From positions 22,390 through 86,389 of the forward strand of contig MHWB01000004.1 in NCBI GenBank assembly GCA_001823925.1: a stretch of DNA of 64,000 nucleotides, given 5' to 3'. The first letter of the stretch is position 1. Each line of letters opens with the position of its first letter. Shown piece after piece: positions 1 through 9,425 of the stretch. The DNA is from Candidatus Zambryskibacteria bacterium RIFCSPLOWO2_01_FULL_39_39 (GTDB lineage Bacteria > Patescibacteriota > Minisyncoccia > Phycocordibacterales > WO2-35-19). A model generated the notes under the pieces. The model did no database searches. It saw only the letters and a program-made list of their open reading frames with translations, and was not told the DNA's origin. Made by a program: the position numbers and the translations under genes.

Positions 1-71
1 AAAACACGGTACTTCTTTATCCGCATCGGTTGATGCACCTGAAAATAAAAGCAGACTGATGACATTTTTTA

Positions 72-1349
72 TTACGCTATAGCAAACTCTAGACTCGGAA
101 TAAATTCTACAACCTTATTACTTTCTTCTAGAGAATTATATAACGAAATGAGAGAATCCGCCGCTTTTTTCCAGTGGATTGTCCGTACTTCTTTTTTGCC
201 AGTTATAGAAAGTTGGCTATGCAATTTTTTATTACGCAAAACACTTATTACTTTGTCCGTCATATCATCCACATCCCAAAAATTTGATTTGAGTACACAG
301 CTTACTACCTCACTCACCCCGGACTCCTTTGATATAAGGACTGGCGTATCAGAGAGCATAACCTCAAGTGGTAAAATACCGAATGGTTCAGAGACCGAGG
401 GCATCACATATATATCAGCAGCTCTATATACAGCCGAGAGTTCATCGCCACGCAAGAATCCACAGAAAATAAATCTGTTAGAAAGTCCCCTTCTACTTAC
501 ATCTCTTATCATTGACTCCTCCATATCACCACTTCCAGAAATTACAAAATATGTATTGGGCTCAAAGCTCAAAATCTTCTCCGCCATACTTACAAAATAA
601 TCAGGGCCTTTCTGAAAGGTTATCCTACCAGCAAAGAGGACAATGTTGTTGCCTTTATTTTTTAGATCTTGAATATTTAGAGGTACGGAATTTTGATTAT
701 TTTCAAACTCTACACCGTTATGAACAACTTTTACTTTATTTGGATCTATGCGATATCTTTCTATTACACTTTTTCTTGTTCTGCCGGAAACTGCGACAAT
801 CATATCTGCCTTACGAAATCCTTCTTTTTCTATTTCAAAAATATCTTTGTTTATATCTTCCCCGCTCCTGTCATATTCTGTAGCGTGTATATGGGTGACC
901 AGAGGTCTTTTGGAAAATTTCTTTGCTTCTATACCAGCTGGATAAGTGAGCCAGTCATGCACATGAATAATAGAATGTACAGTTTTGGAAGCAATGCTTG
1001 GCGCTTTTTTTGCATACAAAAAAACTCTCTCCATGAGAGAATTGCCCTTCATGCCAGAAATTTTACTGATTAATTCTTTATTAAAATTTGTAGAAGTGTG
1101 GCTCGTATAACCAGAAACATAATCCATAACTTCTTTAGAATTTTTAAACTCCACTTCCTCATCCGCAAACACAAACTTACACCACCGAGCTTTTATGGGG
1201 ACCTTGTAAGGAAGAGCAAAGGTAAGATTAACCCCACTTGCAGAAAGAGCTTTAGACATCCCCTCGCAAGCAACACCAAGCCCCCCACTGTTATATGGAG
1301 GAAATTCCCAGCCGAACATTAAGACATTTGGTGATTTAAAATTGGCCAC
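72..1349 (-). CDS. Glycosyltransferase, GT4/GT5 superfamily (glycogen/starch-synthase-like)
   Basis: 425-aa ORF. N-terminal FPPYNSGGLGVACEGMSKAL resembles the glycogen-synthase KxGGL donor-binding motif. The C-terminal half has a GT1-type Rossmann domain. Confidence 0.6.
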   Translation of the reverse strand: MANFKSPNVLMFGWEFPPYNSGGLGVACEGMSKALSASGVNLTFALPYKVPIKARWCKFVFADEEVEFKNSKEVMDYVSGYTSHTSTNFNKELISKISGMKGNSLMERVFLYAKKAPSIASKTVHSIIHVHDWLTYPAGIEAKKFSKRPLVTHIHATEYDRSGEDINKDIFEIEKEGFRKADMIVAVSGRTRKSVIERYRIDPNKVKVVHNGVEFENNQNSVPLNIQDLKNKGNNIVLFAGRITFQKGPDYFVSMAEKILSFEPNTYFVISGSGDMEESMIRDVSRRGLSNRFIFCGFLRGDELSAVYRAADIYVMPSVSEPFGILPLEVMLSDTPVLISKESGVSEVVSCVLKSNFWDVDDMTDKVISVLRNKKLHSQLSITGKKEVRTIHWKKAADSLISLYNSLEESNKVVEFIPSLEFAIA

Positions 1350-2385
1350 TTTTTTTGTAAGTCATAATAAAAGGGCAGATTCGGATCAGAGCCATAAAAG
1401 CACTCACCACTACCGGACCAACCAAAAACCCGATCGCTCCAAAAACCTCCACTCCACCAAGTATTGAAAAAAGTACAATGAGCGGGTGCACCCTTATCTT
1501 ATCTTTTAAAAACATTGCTGATATAAAATTATCAATGAGCCCCACCGCTATCGCCCCCCAAAGGAGAAGTCCTATGCCACTACCCACGTGGTGAGTCAAA
1601 AACAGATAAGCAACCGCCGGCACAGTTATTATTGAAGTTCCCAATATGGGCACCAGAGAAGCTACTCCACCCACAAAACCCCAAAGTATCGGTGAACCAA
1701 CTCCAAAAATAGCAAAACCAATACCAATAAAAGCGCCCTGGACAATGGCAACCAAAATACGTCCACGTAAGACAGCATCAACTGATGACCTTAGTGTTTC
1801 TATAAATTCTTCATCATGTTCATCTGGCAAAGGACTCCAAACAATTATGGATTTCTTTATTTTATTGCCAGAAATGAAAATATAATAAATAGAGATAAGT
1901 ATGAGTATAAAATTTAAAACACCACCAAAAACAGTGGCAAAAATGGAGCCGAAATGCCCTATTATCCAACCCAATGTATTACGAGCATACAATTCTAAGT
2001 TAATTTGAGAATCAAGCGCTCCGGACGGAAACAGTGAGGAAAACTTGCTTACCAATACATTGACTTGTGAGATGAAAACTTGAGACCCACCGCCAAAAGC
2101 TATTGAATTATACAAATCAACGGCTTCTTTCAAAAGCAGGCCCGACAAAACAATAATCGGGATAATAATAAAGATAAGTATTAAAAAAGTGGTAGTGAAA
2201 GCGGCCAAGTTTTTCCTTTCATCAAATTTTTTGACCAGTTTTTCATACAGAGGATAAAAAGCAATAGCAAAAACTCCAGAAATAAACAAGACATTAAAAT
2301 ATGGTCTAAAGACAAAAAATAGTAAAACAAAGAGACTTATAGTCAGAGCTATAAAAAAAGTTAGTTGTATTGTTTTTTGAGACAT
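1336..2385 (-). CDS. AI-2E family transporter (PerM/UPF0118-like membrane protein)
   Basis: 349-aa polytopic membrane ORF with the typical AI-2E layout: N-terminal TM pair, central hydrophilic loop, C-terminal TM bundle. Confidence 0.55.
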   Translation of the reverse strand: MSQKTIQLTFFIALTISLFVLLFFVFRPYFNVLFISGVFAIAFYPLYEKLVKKFDERKNLAAFTTTFLILIFIIIPIIVLSGLLLKEAVDLYNSIAFGGGSQVFISQVNVLVSKFSSLFPSGALDSQINLELYARNTLGWIIGHFGSIFATVFGGVLNFILILISIYYIFISGNKIKKSIIVWSPLPDEHDEEFIETLRSSVDAVLRGRILVAIVQGAFIGIGFAIFGVGSPILWGFVGGVASLVPILGTSIITVPAVAYLFLTHHVGSGIGLLLWGAIAVGLIDNFISAMFLKDKIRVHPLIVLFSILGGVEVFGAIGFLVGPVVVSAFMALIRICPFIMTYKKSGQF

Positions 2386-2437
2386 AAAAGCAGTCGCTCC
2401 TTAGGCGACCCGCCAACAAAAAGGCGGGAAGGTTATT

Positions 2438-3076
2438 TTATTTATTTAACCTACCTTTATATTTTAACACAATAAATATCCCCAGAGCCAAAATAGTGGA
2501 TAGTAGAAGCATATTTTCTATAGAAGAAATGGTTTTTGCATATTTTTCAAAAACTTCACCCACTTGCCAACCCAAAACACCCAAAATAATACCTCTAAAA
2601 AAAACGCCAACAAAAGTAATTAAAAAATACTTAAAAACATTCATATTCAAAATGCCACAAAAAGCTGAGATGGCGACACTAGGTACTATGGGCAGTATCC
2701 TTGCCCCCCCTATCAAAAGCTCATCTTTTCTAGTACCGCTTAGACGATTTTGGAGCTTTTCTATGTCTGTCCAGTAAAGACCTATAAATTTGCCCCATTT
2801 TTCTATCAAAAATTTACCCCCAAAACGAGCTGCAAAATAGATCACATAAGATCCAATAGTAACTCCCAAAGCAGCTGGAATAGCCACCTTAAAAATTAAG
2901 GCGCCCATTGAGCTCGTAGCTACCGGTCCCGAAACAAGCAAGAAGCCCGACATTGTCATTATGAGAGCAGAAGGTATAGGAGCGACTACTTCCTCTATAA
3001 CGCTCGCCACAAAGACCCCTAGAGCCCCCCAAGGCAATACGTTTACCTGCAAAAAATGTATCAAACCTTCAATCAT
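2438..3076 (-). CDS. DedA/VTT-domain membrane protein
   Basis: 212-aa ORF. Sequence (VASVIEEVVAPIPSALIMTMSGFLL...) fits the SNARE-associated / DedA family. Confidence 0.55.
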   Translation of the reverse strand: MIEGLIHFLQVNVLPWGALGVFVASVIEEVVAPIPSALIMTMSGFLLVSGPVATSSMGALIFKVAIPAALGVTIGSYVIYFAARFGGKFLIEKWGKFIGLYWTDIEKLQNRLSGTRKDELLIGGARILPIVPSVAISAFCGILNMNVFKYFLITFVGVFFRGIILGVLGWQVGEVFEKYAKTISSIENMLLLSTILALGIFIVLKYKGRLNK

Positions 3077-3110
3077 AATTTTTTCTTATATAAATTTAAA
3101 AACTTAGGAA

Positions 3111-3413
3111 TTAGATACTACCTATAACTCTCAAAGCAAAAGGATTGAAATATGAAGACATTTGAACACGATCAATATGTTCTTCCCTTTCAGAAACTAA
3201 ATCAACCAGGGAGCCACTTATTATATCCATTTCCATATTTGCACTCTTATTATCAAAGTTTTTTATAGTCTCAATTATAGAAAGTGCCCTTTTGTAAGCA
3301 TTTTGCATAGCTTCTTTATCACCCTTTTCTTTCCAAACAAAAATCCTTTGAATTTCACTCCCCAAATTTGCAACATAGAAATGTATAGGTTTGTTTTGTA
3401 ACATATTATTCAA
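3111..3413 (-). CDS. Hypothetical protein
   Basis: 100-aa ORF in an operon-like arrangement with the next gene. No recognisable motif. Confidence 0.3.
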   Translation of the reverse strand: MNNMLQNKPIHFYVANLGSEIQRIFVWKEKGDKEAMQNAYKRALSIIETIKNFDNKSANMEMDIISGSLVDLVSEREEHIDRVQMSSYFNPFALRVIGSI

Positions 3414-3750
3414 CCAAATTACTCACTATTTCTAAAATTTTATTTTTTAATTCTTCACTTTCAATCTCCATGCTTTTATTACTCTGTTTTGGTCTTATAT
3501 TTATAAGAGAGTTATATTCTAATCTTTCTTCTTTTGGTTTATTCAAATAAATGTTAAAACCCCATAAATTTTCTTGAGCGGAACCATCTTTTATTAAAAC
3601 CTCATTTGCATCCATATGCCACTCTCCGCCCAACGCAATTATACCTCTTTCAATATCAGCCACACCTTTTACCATTTCGACATAAATCTCTTTAGCCAAA
3701 TCTTCTAGTTCAGATTTTGTTATTTTTTGCCTTATTATCTTTATATCCAT
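3406..3750 (-). CDS. Hypothetical small protein (conserved DUF-type)
   Basis: ORF track starts at a GTG (3756). I prefer the ATG at 3750 (MDIKII...). A 38-nt sequence immediately upstream is nearly identical to the one upstream of the gene at 5543, which supports this start. Confidence 0.35.
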   Translation of the reverse strand: MDIKIIRQKITKSELEDLAKEIYVEMVKGVADIERGIIALGGEWHMDANEVLIKDGSAQENLWGFNIYLNKPKEERLEYNSLINIRPKQSNKSMEIESEELKNKILEIVSNLVE

Positions 3751-3787
3751 ACCCACAGTTTAATTAAATTTCGGATAAAAAGAAAGA

Positions 3788-4030
3788 CTATAGATTTTCG
3801 TAAGTATTATCATTGCGCCTATCAATTTTTATTATATCTATTTCTTTTTCACTCATACGAAAAATTATTCTCAGATTTGATTTTCTGACTCTATACAAAT
3901 CATCAAAACCTTTCAACTTTTTAAAATTCAGATTTTCAAAATTTCTTGATTTTATCGCATTCAAATACTCCAGAGCAACAGACCTTTCTTTAGAAGAGAG
4001 CTTACTTAAAAACTTATCCAACTTGTTCAT
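3788..4030 (-). CDS. Type II toxin, RelE/ParE family
   Basis: 80-aa ORF with the YRVRKSNLRIIFRM...IDIIKIDRRNDNTY pattern typical of RelE/StbE mRNA interferases. It overlaps the upstream antitoxin-like gene by 17 nt. Confidence 0.6.
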   Translation of the reverse strand: MNKLDKFLSKLSSKERSVALEYLNAIKSRNFENLNFKKLKGFDDLYRVRKSNLRIIFRMSEKEIDIIKIDRRNDNTYENL

Positions 4031-4280
4031 TTAGTTTCTTGAGAGACTTCAGCACATTTGCAATAGACACCCCCCTCTTATTTATTTTAGTAAAATCTAC
4101 CACAGTTTCCCATAGACTATCGTCATCTTCATCAAACGGAATCACTTTAAAAACAGGCTTCGATCGTTTTACCACAGTAAAAGACTCGCCTTTATTTAAA
4201 CGATTTATATATTTTTGTATATTCAGTCTTAATTCTTTAAGCCCGATTATTTGGTTTTTCTTTTTGGTTATCATACACAA
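4014..4280 (-). CDS. Putative Phd/YefM-type antitoxin
   Basis: 88-aa ORF directly upstream of, and overlapping, the RelE-like toxin. IGLKELRLNIQKYINRLNKGESFTVVKRSKPVFKVIP resembles antitoxin N-terminal regions. Confidence 0.45.
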   Translation of the reverse strand: MCMITKKKNQIIGLKELRLNIQKYINRLNKGESFTVVKRSKPVFKVIPFDEDDDSLWETVVDFTKINKRGVSIANVLKSLKKLNEQVG

Positions 4281-4333
4281 AGTTTATCTTAAGGTAACCT
4301 TATGTCAAGCCCCATGGCATTTTTTGATGTGCA

Positions 4334-5191
4334 CTATGAATGGTGACATAGATTATTCTCGCCTAGAAATTGTATTAATATTTCAGACAGTTTTTCTTCA
4401 TTGTCCTGAAAATCGTGGTCGCAATCCAAGATTTGTACGGTTTTAGCATTTGAATTCTCTTTTCTTATCAAATCCAAAGCCTCTGTGATTGGAATTACAG
4501 TATACTCTTCTTGATCTCCGATGACTGCCAAAATAGGAATCTTTATTTTCCTAAAAGAAGGCAGGTGCTTCTTGTGGAAAGGCAATGCGTCATCAAATTC
4601 AGGATTGAGGTCTGAAAAATCAACGTATGATTCCGCACTTTTAGGCATAATATTCCCATATGCATTTCTATCAAGGAAGACTTTTCCTTTGTCCTCCCGC
4701 ACAAGGTTACGAGCATATTCAATTTTCTTTTCATAGTCTTGAACAAGCAACGGTTCCGAACCCGAAGAAGTGGCGGGGGCAAGAAGTACAAGGGCAGAAA
4801 CTTTACCAGCATATTTCCCACGAATCATATAGTACGTAATTTTTTCCGTACCTAAGCTGTGCCCAGAAAGAATTATTTTTTCGTATCCTTGTTCCAAAGC
4901 GAATTCAATCCATGAATCTATATCAATCAAGCAGTCAGAAAACTTCTCAACCGCTGCACCATTTCCTTGCCATGCATCGTAAACTCCAGTTCCCCTATTA
5001 TTCGTCGAAAGCATAGATATGCCTTGGTGGGCCAATTTTTCAGTCAAAACTTCTATAAAGTATTCTTCATAAAAGTTACTTGCTGTTCCATGTATGTTCA
5101 AAAATATAGTTTTACTGTTCGGTACACGGAGATGAAGCGCATGAAGCCACAAATTATCTGGCGTCTTTATTTGTACGATTGGATAATTCAT
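4334..5191 (-). CDS. Alpha/beta-fold hydrolase
   Basis: 285-aa ORF. GHSLG nucleophile elbow (LSGHSLGTE) with an HGTASNFYEE region upstream of it. Confidence 0.6.
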   Translation of the reverse strand: MNYPIVQIKTPDNLWLHALHLRVPNSKTIFLNIHGTASNFYEEYFIEVLTEKLAHQGISMLSTNNRGTGVYDAWQGNGAAVEKFSDCLIDIDSWIEFALEQGYEKIILSGHSLGTEKITYYMIRGKYAGKVSALVLLAPATSSGSEPLLVQDYEKKIEYARNLVREDKGKVFLDRNAYGNIMPKSAESYVDFSDLNPEFDDALPFHKKHLPSFRKIKIPILAVIGDQEEYTVIPITEALDLIRKENSNAKTVQILDCDHDFQDNEEKLSEILIQFLGENNLCHHS

Positions 5192-5270
5192 TTTTTATTT
5201 TGCATATTTTTTTGATGCTCACCTGTATTCAAAATTCCACATTTTTTGAAATGTGTCCGAAATGGAAGCA

Positions 5271-5543
5271 TCATTTTAGGGATATTATTTGTAGGCCCTT
5301 TTCCTGTATATCTTCCATCTGCCAAAACTGCGTAAGATCATCAATTTTCCACTTTCCTACATAGCCAACTTCCCTTTCCAATTCTCGCCCAGTGTACTCC
5401 TTAGATTTTGGGTCCCATTCTCGCAGGAGTAGAGTATCGCCGTCTTCAATATCAAAGTCATTGAGTCGCAATTCAAAGGTTTTCTTACCATCAGTAATTG
5501 CTTGGAAATACTCTGGCCATATCTTTTTCTCAACTTTTTTCAT
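5271..5543 (-). CDS. ASCH/DUF3850-like small protein
   Basis: 90-aa ORF. KKTFELRLNDFDIEDGDTLLLRE matches the ASCH-like DUF3850 beta-barrel core. Confidence 0.45.
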   Translation of the reverse strand: MKKVEKKIWPEYFQAITDGKKTFELRLNDFDIEDGDTLLLREWDPKSKEYTGRELEREVGYVGKWKIDDLTQFWQMEDIQEKGLQIISLK

Positions 5544-5634
5544 ACAACCAGTTTAATCAAAATTCAGATAAAAAGAAAGTCGAGATGTTTCGGTTTTCTA
5601 GGAAGCGGAAGTGCTTCTATATTTAGCGATTACT

Positions 5635-5850
5635 TCAAGATTTTAGAAAATCCTTTAGATCAACTTGAATGTCTCTAAGTATTTTATGCAAAGTGCCTCG
5701 TGCAACAGGATTATTTGCCGGCACTGTTATTGAAATATTATCCCTTCTCATCCTAATATGGCTCCCTTTCTGCCTTACAACAGAATAACCTAGTTGCTCC
5801 AACTTGTTTATTACTTTTCTATAAGGCCAAGATGGAACCTTGATTTTCAA
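5635..5850 (-). CDS. hicA: Type II toxin HicA
   Basis: 71-aa ORF with the KGSHIRM...ITVP HicA/YcfA signature. Confidence 0.7.
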   Translation of the reverse strand: MKIKVPSWPYRKVINKLEQLGYSVVRQKGSHIRMRRDNISITVPANNPVARGTLHKILRDIQVDLKDFLKS

Positions 5851-5856
5851 CTTTGA

Positions 5857-6105
5857 TTAAATAGTTACCGTATGGAGACTTATCTCTCTGGGAGAGTATG
5901 ATTCTGCTATTTCGACATTTTCCTCCTCTTCAAGACAAAGCTCAATAACTTCTCTTATGTTTTTTAGAGCTTCGTCAAGAGTTCTACCCTGGGAATAGCA
6001 GCCACTAAAAACGGGACACTCTACAACATAGAAACCATCCTCGTCTTTTTCTACAAATACGGGGAATTGCTTGCCACCCACTGATTTAAATAGTTTTTTC
6101 TTCAT
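5857..6105 (-). CDS. hicB: Type II antitoxin HicB
   Basis: 82-aa ORF. FPVFVEKDEDGFYVVECPVFSGCYSQGRTLDEALKNIREVIELCLEE is the canonical HicB/UPF0150 N-terminal domain. It lies 6 nt upstream of hicA. Confidence 0.7.
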   Translation of the reverse strand: MKKKLFKSVGGKQFPVFVEKDEDGFYVVECPVFSGCYSQGRTLDEALKNIREVIELCLEEEENVEIAESYSPREISLHTVTI

Positions 6106-6124
6106 AAATATATGATATCACAAA

Positions 6125-8605
6125 CTACGCCCCATGACACTTCTTAAACTTTTTGCCCGAGCCACACCAACAGGGATCATTTCTACCAAGATTTGAGTGT
6201 TGAGATTTAACACTTGTGGCATTTTCAGAATCTGTGACACTAGTGATTTTAAGTGCTTGGTTTTCTATGTCACGCTGAGCCGAAAGATCTGCCACTTTAT
6301 CGTCCACTTTAGTAATAGTGCCTAAAATAGCATTCTCAATACTCTCTTCCATTTCCTTAAAAAGCTTTAAACCCTCTTTTTTATATTCTACCAAGGGGTC
6401 TCTCTGCCCATAGGCGCGCAAGTTGACCGAGCCTCTCAAATAATCCATCATCTCCAAGTGGTCTACCCAAAACATATCAAAAGTTTGAAGGCTCAATTCT
6501 CTAAAGGCTTTTGTAAAATTTTCTTCTCCCAACTCTTTCCTCTTTTGAAGAATAGCGTCCTTGATTTCAGGCAGAGCATTTCCAGATATTTTTTCCAGAT
6601 AATCTAGAGTGGTTTTTTCATCTTCTATCAAAATATTTCTTCGACGCTCATAAAAAGTTTTCCTCTGAAAATTCAAGACGTCGTCGTACTCAAGAATATG
6701 TTTGCGCGCATCAAAATTAAGCCCTTCTATTTTTTCTTGAGCACTTTCCAAAGATCTGGTAATCAGTTTGTTTTCGATGGCTTCGTCTTCAGCAATACCC
6801 AAACGGCCCATCATATTTTTGACAGTATCAGAAGCAAACACTCTCATAATATGATCTTCCATTGAGACAAAAAATTGAGTCTCTCCAGAGTCCCCCTGAC
6901 GACCAGATCTCCCCCTAAGCTGGTTGTCTATTCTTCTGGCATCATGCCGCTCGGTACCCAAAACAAAAAGACCGCCCAAATTTTTTACTTTCTCATAAGC
7001 CTGTTTTTGGAAAGGCGCTCCTCCAAGTTTTATATCCACTCCACGGCCAGCCATGTTGGTCGCAACCGTCACCCCACTTTGCCTCCCAGCTTGAGCAATA
7101 ATCTCTCCTTCTCGCTCATGGTTTTTGGCATTTAACATTTCGAAATTTATTCCCTCCCTCTTTAGATATTCACCCAGAAGTTCATTTTTTTCAATTGATA
7201 TGGTACCAATAAGGACTGGTTGACCTATTTTTTGAAGTTCTTTGACTTTTTTGGCTATTGCCAAAAGCTTGCCATTTTCAGTTTGAAAAATAAGATCATT
7301 TTTATCAACTCTACCCGAAGGTTTGTTGGTTGGGATAGCGACAGTATTTAATCCATAAACTTTATAAAATTCTTCACTAGAAGTGGTAGCAGTACCCGTC
7401 ATACCAGAAAGCTTCTCATACATTCTAAAATAATTTTGATATGTAATAGATGCAAAAGTGCGACTTTCTTTTTGGACACTTACATTTTCCTTAGCTTCAA
7501 TCGCCTGATGTAGGCCCTCCGACCAACGTCTGCCCGGTTGAAGCCGACCGGTATAAGAATCGACAATGATCACTTCATCTTCTTTAACTACATAATCTTT
7601 ATCCAACTTGTACAAAGCTTTGGCTTTCACCGCCGTTTCCAAATGATGCACCAACTTGATACCTCCTTCAGCATAAATATTTTCCAAACCCAAAATTTCT
7701 TCGGCTTTGCTGATACCTTCATCTGTCAAAAGCACTGCGTGCATCTTTTCATCCACCGTATAATGATCATTTTCTTTAAGTTTATCGGCTACGCCTGCAA
7801 ATTTCTTGTACAAAACATCCGAATCTGCAGCTGGAGCGGAGATAATGAGAGGTGTCCGAGCTTCATCAATAAGTATTGAGTCTATCTCATCTACGATGGC
7901 AAAATGATGTTTTTTTTGTCTTACTTTTTCGTATTTATATTCAAGATTGTCGCGTAAATAATCAAAACCAAATTCACTATTAGTACCATAAGTAATGTCA
8001 GCTTCATAAGCTTCTACTCTACTACAGGGTTTTAAAAATTCATGCACAATGTGAAAAGAACCCTTTTCATCTCTCTCTTCGTCCGCCGAAGCTTTAGCGG
8101 AGGAGGATTGTCCGTCATAAATAAAACTTGACTCATGAGCAATCACAGAAACTCTTAATCCGAGCGCATCATAAATTTCTCCCATCCAAACCGCATCGCG
8201 ACGGGAAAGATAATCGTTGACCGTTACCACATGCACTCCTTTGCCCTCCAGAGCATTTAGATAAGCCGGCAGAGTGGCAACCAGAGTCTTACCTTCTCCG
8301 GTCCGCATTTCAGCGATACTTCCCCGATGCATAGCGATACCACCCAAAAGCTGAACATCAAAATGTCTTTCCCCCAAAGTTCTTTTGGCCGCCTCACGCA
8401 CGCAAGCAAAAGCTTCTGGCAAAATATCTTCCAATGTTTCCTTTTTTGCCAATCTTTCCTTAAATTCAAGAGTTTTACCTTTCAACTCTTCATTAGATAA
8501 TTTAGAAATAGCCTCCTCAAAGTCGTTTATTTGAGGGATCAAAGGTGATATTTCCTTTATATAACGAGAACTCCCGTCTCCAAATATTTTGTCCAAAAAT
8601 GACAT
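6125..8605 (-). CDS. secA: Preprotein translocase ATPase SecA
   Basis: 826-aa ORF with DEAD-like motor motifs, a preprotein cross-linking domain, and a C-terminal zinc-binding tail CWCGSGKKFKKCHG. Confidence 0.95.
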   Translation of the reverse strand: MSFLDKIFGDGSSRYIKEISPLIPQINDFEEAISKLSNEELKGKTLEFKERLAKKETLEDILPEAFACVREAAKRTLGERHFDVQLLGGIAMHRGSIAEMRTGEGKTLVATLPAYLNALEGKGVHVVTVNDYLSRRDAVWMGEIYDALGLRVSVIAHESSFIYDGQSSSAKASADEERDEKGSFHIVHEFLKPCSRVEAYEADITYGTNSEFGFDYLRDNLEYKYEKVRQKKHHFAIVDEIDSILIDEARTPLIISAPAADSDVLYKKFAGVADKLKENDHYTVDEKMHAVLLTDEGISKAEEILGLENIYAEGGIKLVHHLETAVKAKALYKLDKDYVVKEDEVIIVDSYTGRLQPGRRWSEGLHQAIEAKENVSVQKESRTFASITYQNYFRMYEKLSGMTGTATTSSEEFYKVYGLNTVAIPTNKPSGRVDKNDLIFQTENGKLLAIAKKVKELQKIGQPVLIGTISIEKNELLGEYLKREGINFEMLNAKNHEREGEIIAQAGRQSGVTVATNMAGRGVDIKLGGAPFQKQAYEKVKNLGGLFVLGTERHDARRIDNQLRGRSGRQGDSGETQFFVSMEDHIMRVFASDTVKNMMGRLGIAEDEAIENKLITRSLESAQEKIEGLNFDARKHILEYDDVLNFQRKTFYERRRNILIEDEKTTLDYLEKISGNALPEIKDAILQKRKELGEENFTKAFRELSLQTFDMFWVDHLEMMDYLRGSVNLRAYGQRDPLVEYKKEGLKLFKEMEESIENAILGTITKVDDKVADLSAQRDIENQALKITSVTDSENATSVKSQHSNLGRNDPCWCGSGKKFKKCHGA

Positions 8606-8631
8606 AAGTAGGGCTTATAATACCATAAAAT

Positions 8632-8664
8632 AACAAAAATTCCGCACGAGGCGGAATTTTTGTT
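8632..8664 (-). promoter_or_regulatory. Perfect 14-bp stem / 5-nt loop hairpin in the secA 5' leader
   Basis: AACAAAAATTCCGC-acgag-GCGGAATTTTTGTT. It lies 27 nt upstream of the secA start and is followed on the minus strand by a U-rich tract. Confidence 0.4.
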
Positions 8665-9037
8665 AAGTGGGAAAAGAGAACTTCTCGCTTTCGCTCGAAG
8701 ACCTCAATTTTGCAATCATATTCTAGTAAAAATAGAATGTGAGCAAAATTGGGTTATGCTCTTTTCTTCTTTGTTGCTTTCTTTTTCTTTGCTGCCATTT
8801 TATTTGTGTTCCTCCCCCGCAAAAACGAGATCGGAATGAGATTATTTTTTTAAGCGCGCTTATTCCTAAAAATTTTATTCACTTTTTAGTTAGAAAATTT
8901 TTAGGAACGTTCGACCTGCTGTAATTATCGCTCTAAAAAAATTTTTAGTAAATGATTTTTTATAAAAATATGTGGATAACTAAAAAATTTATAAAATAAA
9001 TTTTTTATACTGAACGAAGTGAATGTATTTTTGAATA

Positions 9038-9110
9038 CCAAAAAAATAATTTCAAAAAATTTTTCTTGCAAGACGAGCCTCAGAAAAATTTTTTGAAATT
9101 ATTTTTTTGG
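9038..9110. repeat. Perfect 27-bp inverted repeat with a 19-nt spacer
   Basis: CCAAAAAAATAATTTCAAAAAATTTTT (9038-9064) and its exact reverse complement (9084-9110), inside an ~820-bp AT-rich intergenic region. Confidence 0.55.
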
Positions 9111-9287
9111 AAACTAAAAAACACCTTGAGATTTTCAAATGGTGTTTTTTTGTGTCGTCGCGCGACCGGCGGAAGCTATCTCCAAAACAAATGTCTATGT
9201 GAGTGCGAACCGCCGGTCACGCCGCGACATATATTAATAATAACTCACCGCACTATCTCTTACAATAACCCCACCCTTTTCAGCAAC

Positions 9288-9313
9288 GAAAAACCCCGCA
9301 AAGCGGGGCTTTT
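9288..9313 (-). terminator. Rho-independent terminator
   Basis: CCCCGC-aaa-GCGGGG hairpin with a U5 tail on the minus strand, 110 nt downstream of the ligase/TPR gene. There is also a U4 run on the plus side. Confidence 0.6.
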
Positions 9314-9425
9314 CGCAGACATTCATTTGTGCTGAAAAAGGCTTTCAACACTCACATATATAAATATATCATAAACTTAAATTAATTGCAACTAATCTGC
9401 CACCATACTGTGTATAACCGTTATT

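Noticed and set aside
148-1322. Multiple plus-strand ORFs (148-600, 512-883, 693-1073, 1098-1322) overlapping the 72-1349 glycosyltransferase
   Set aside because: All are antisense to a strongly supported GT gene and are low-complexity. Spurious.
8971-8979. Perfect DnaA box TGTGGATAA in the AT-rich region, suggesting oriC
   Set aside because: Only one consensus box. About 0.5 expected by chance in 64 kb. No dnaA/dnaN nearby and no cluster of degenerate boxes recognisable by eye.
8739-9335. ORF-track entries 8739-8924 (61 aa) and 9066-9335 (89 aa) in the secA upstream region
   Set aside because: Low-complexity translations running through terminator hairpins and inverted repeats. No start context.
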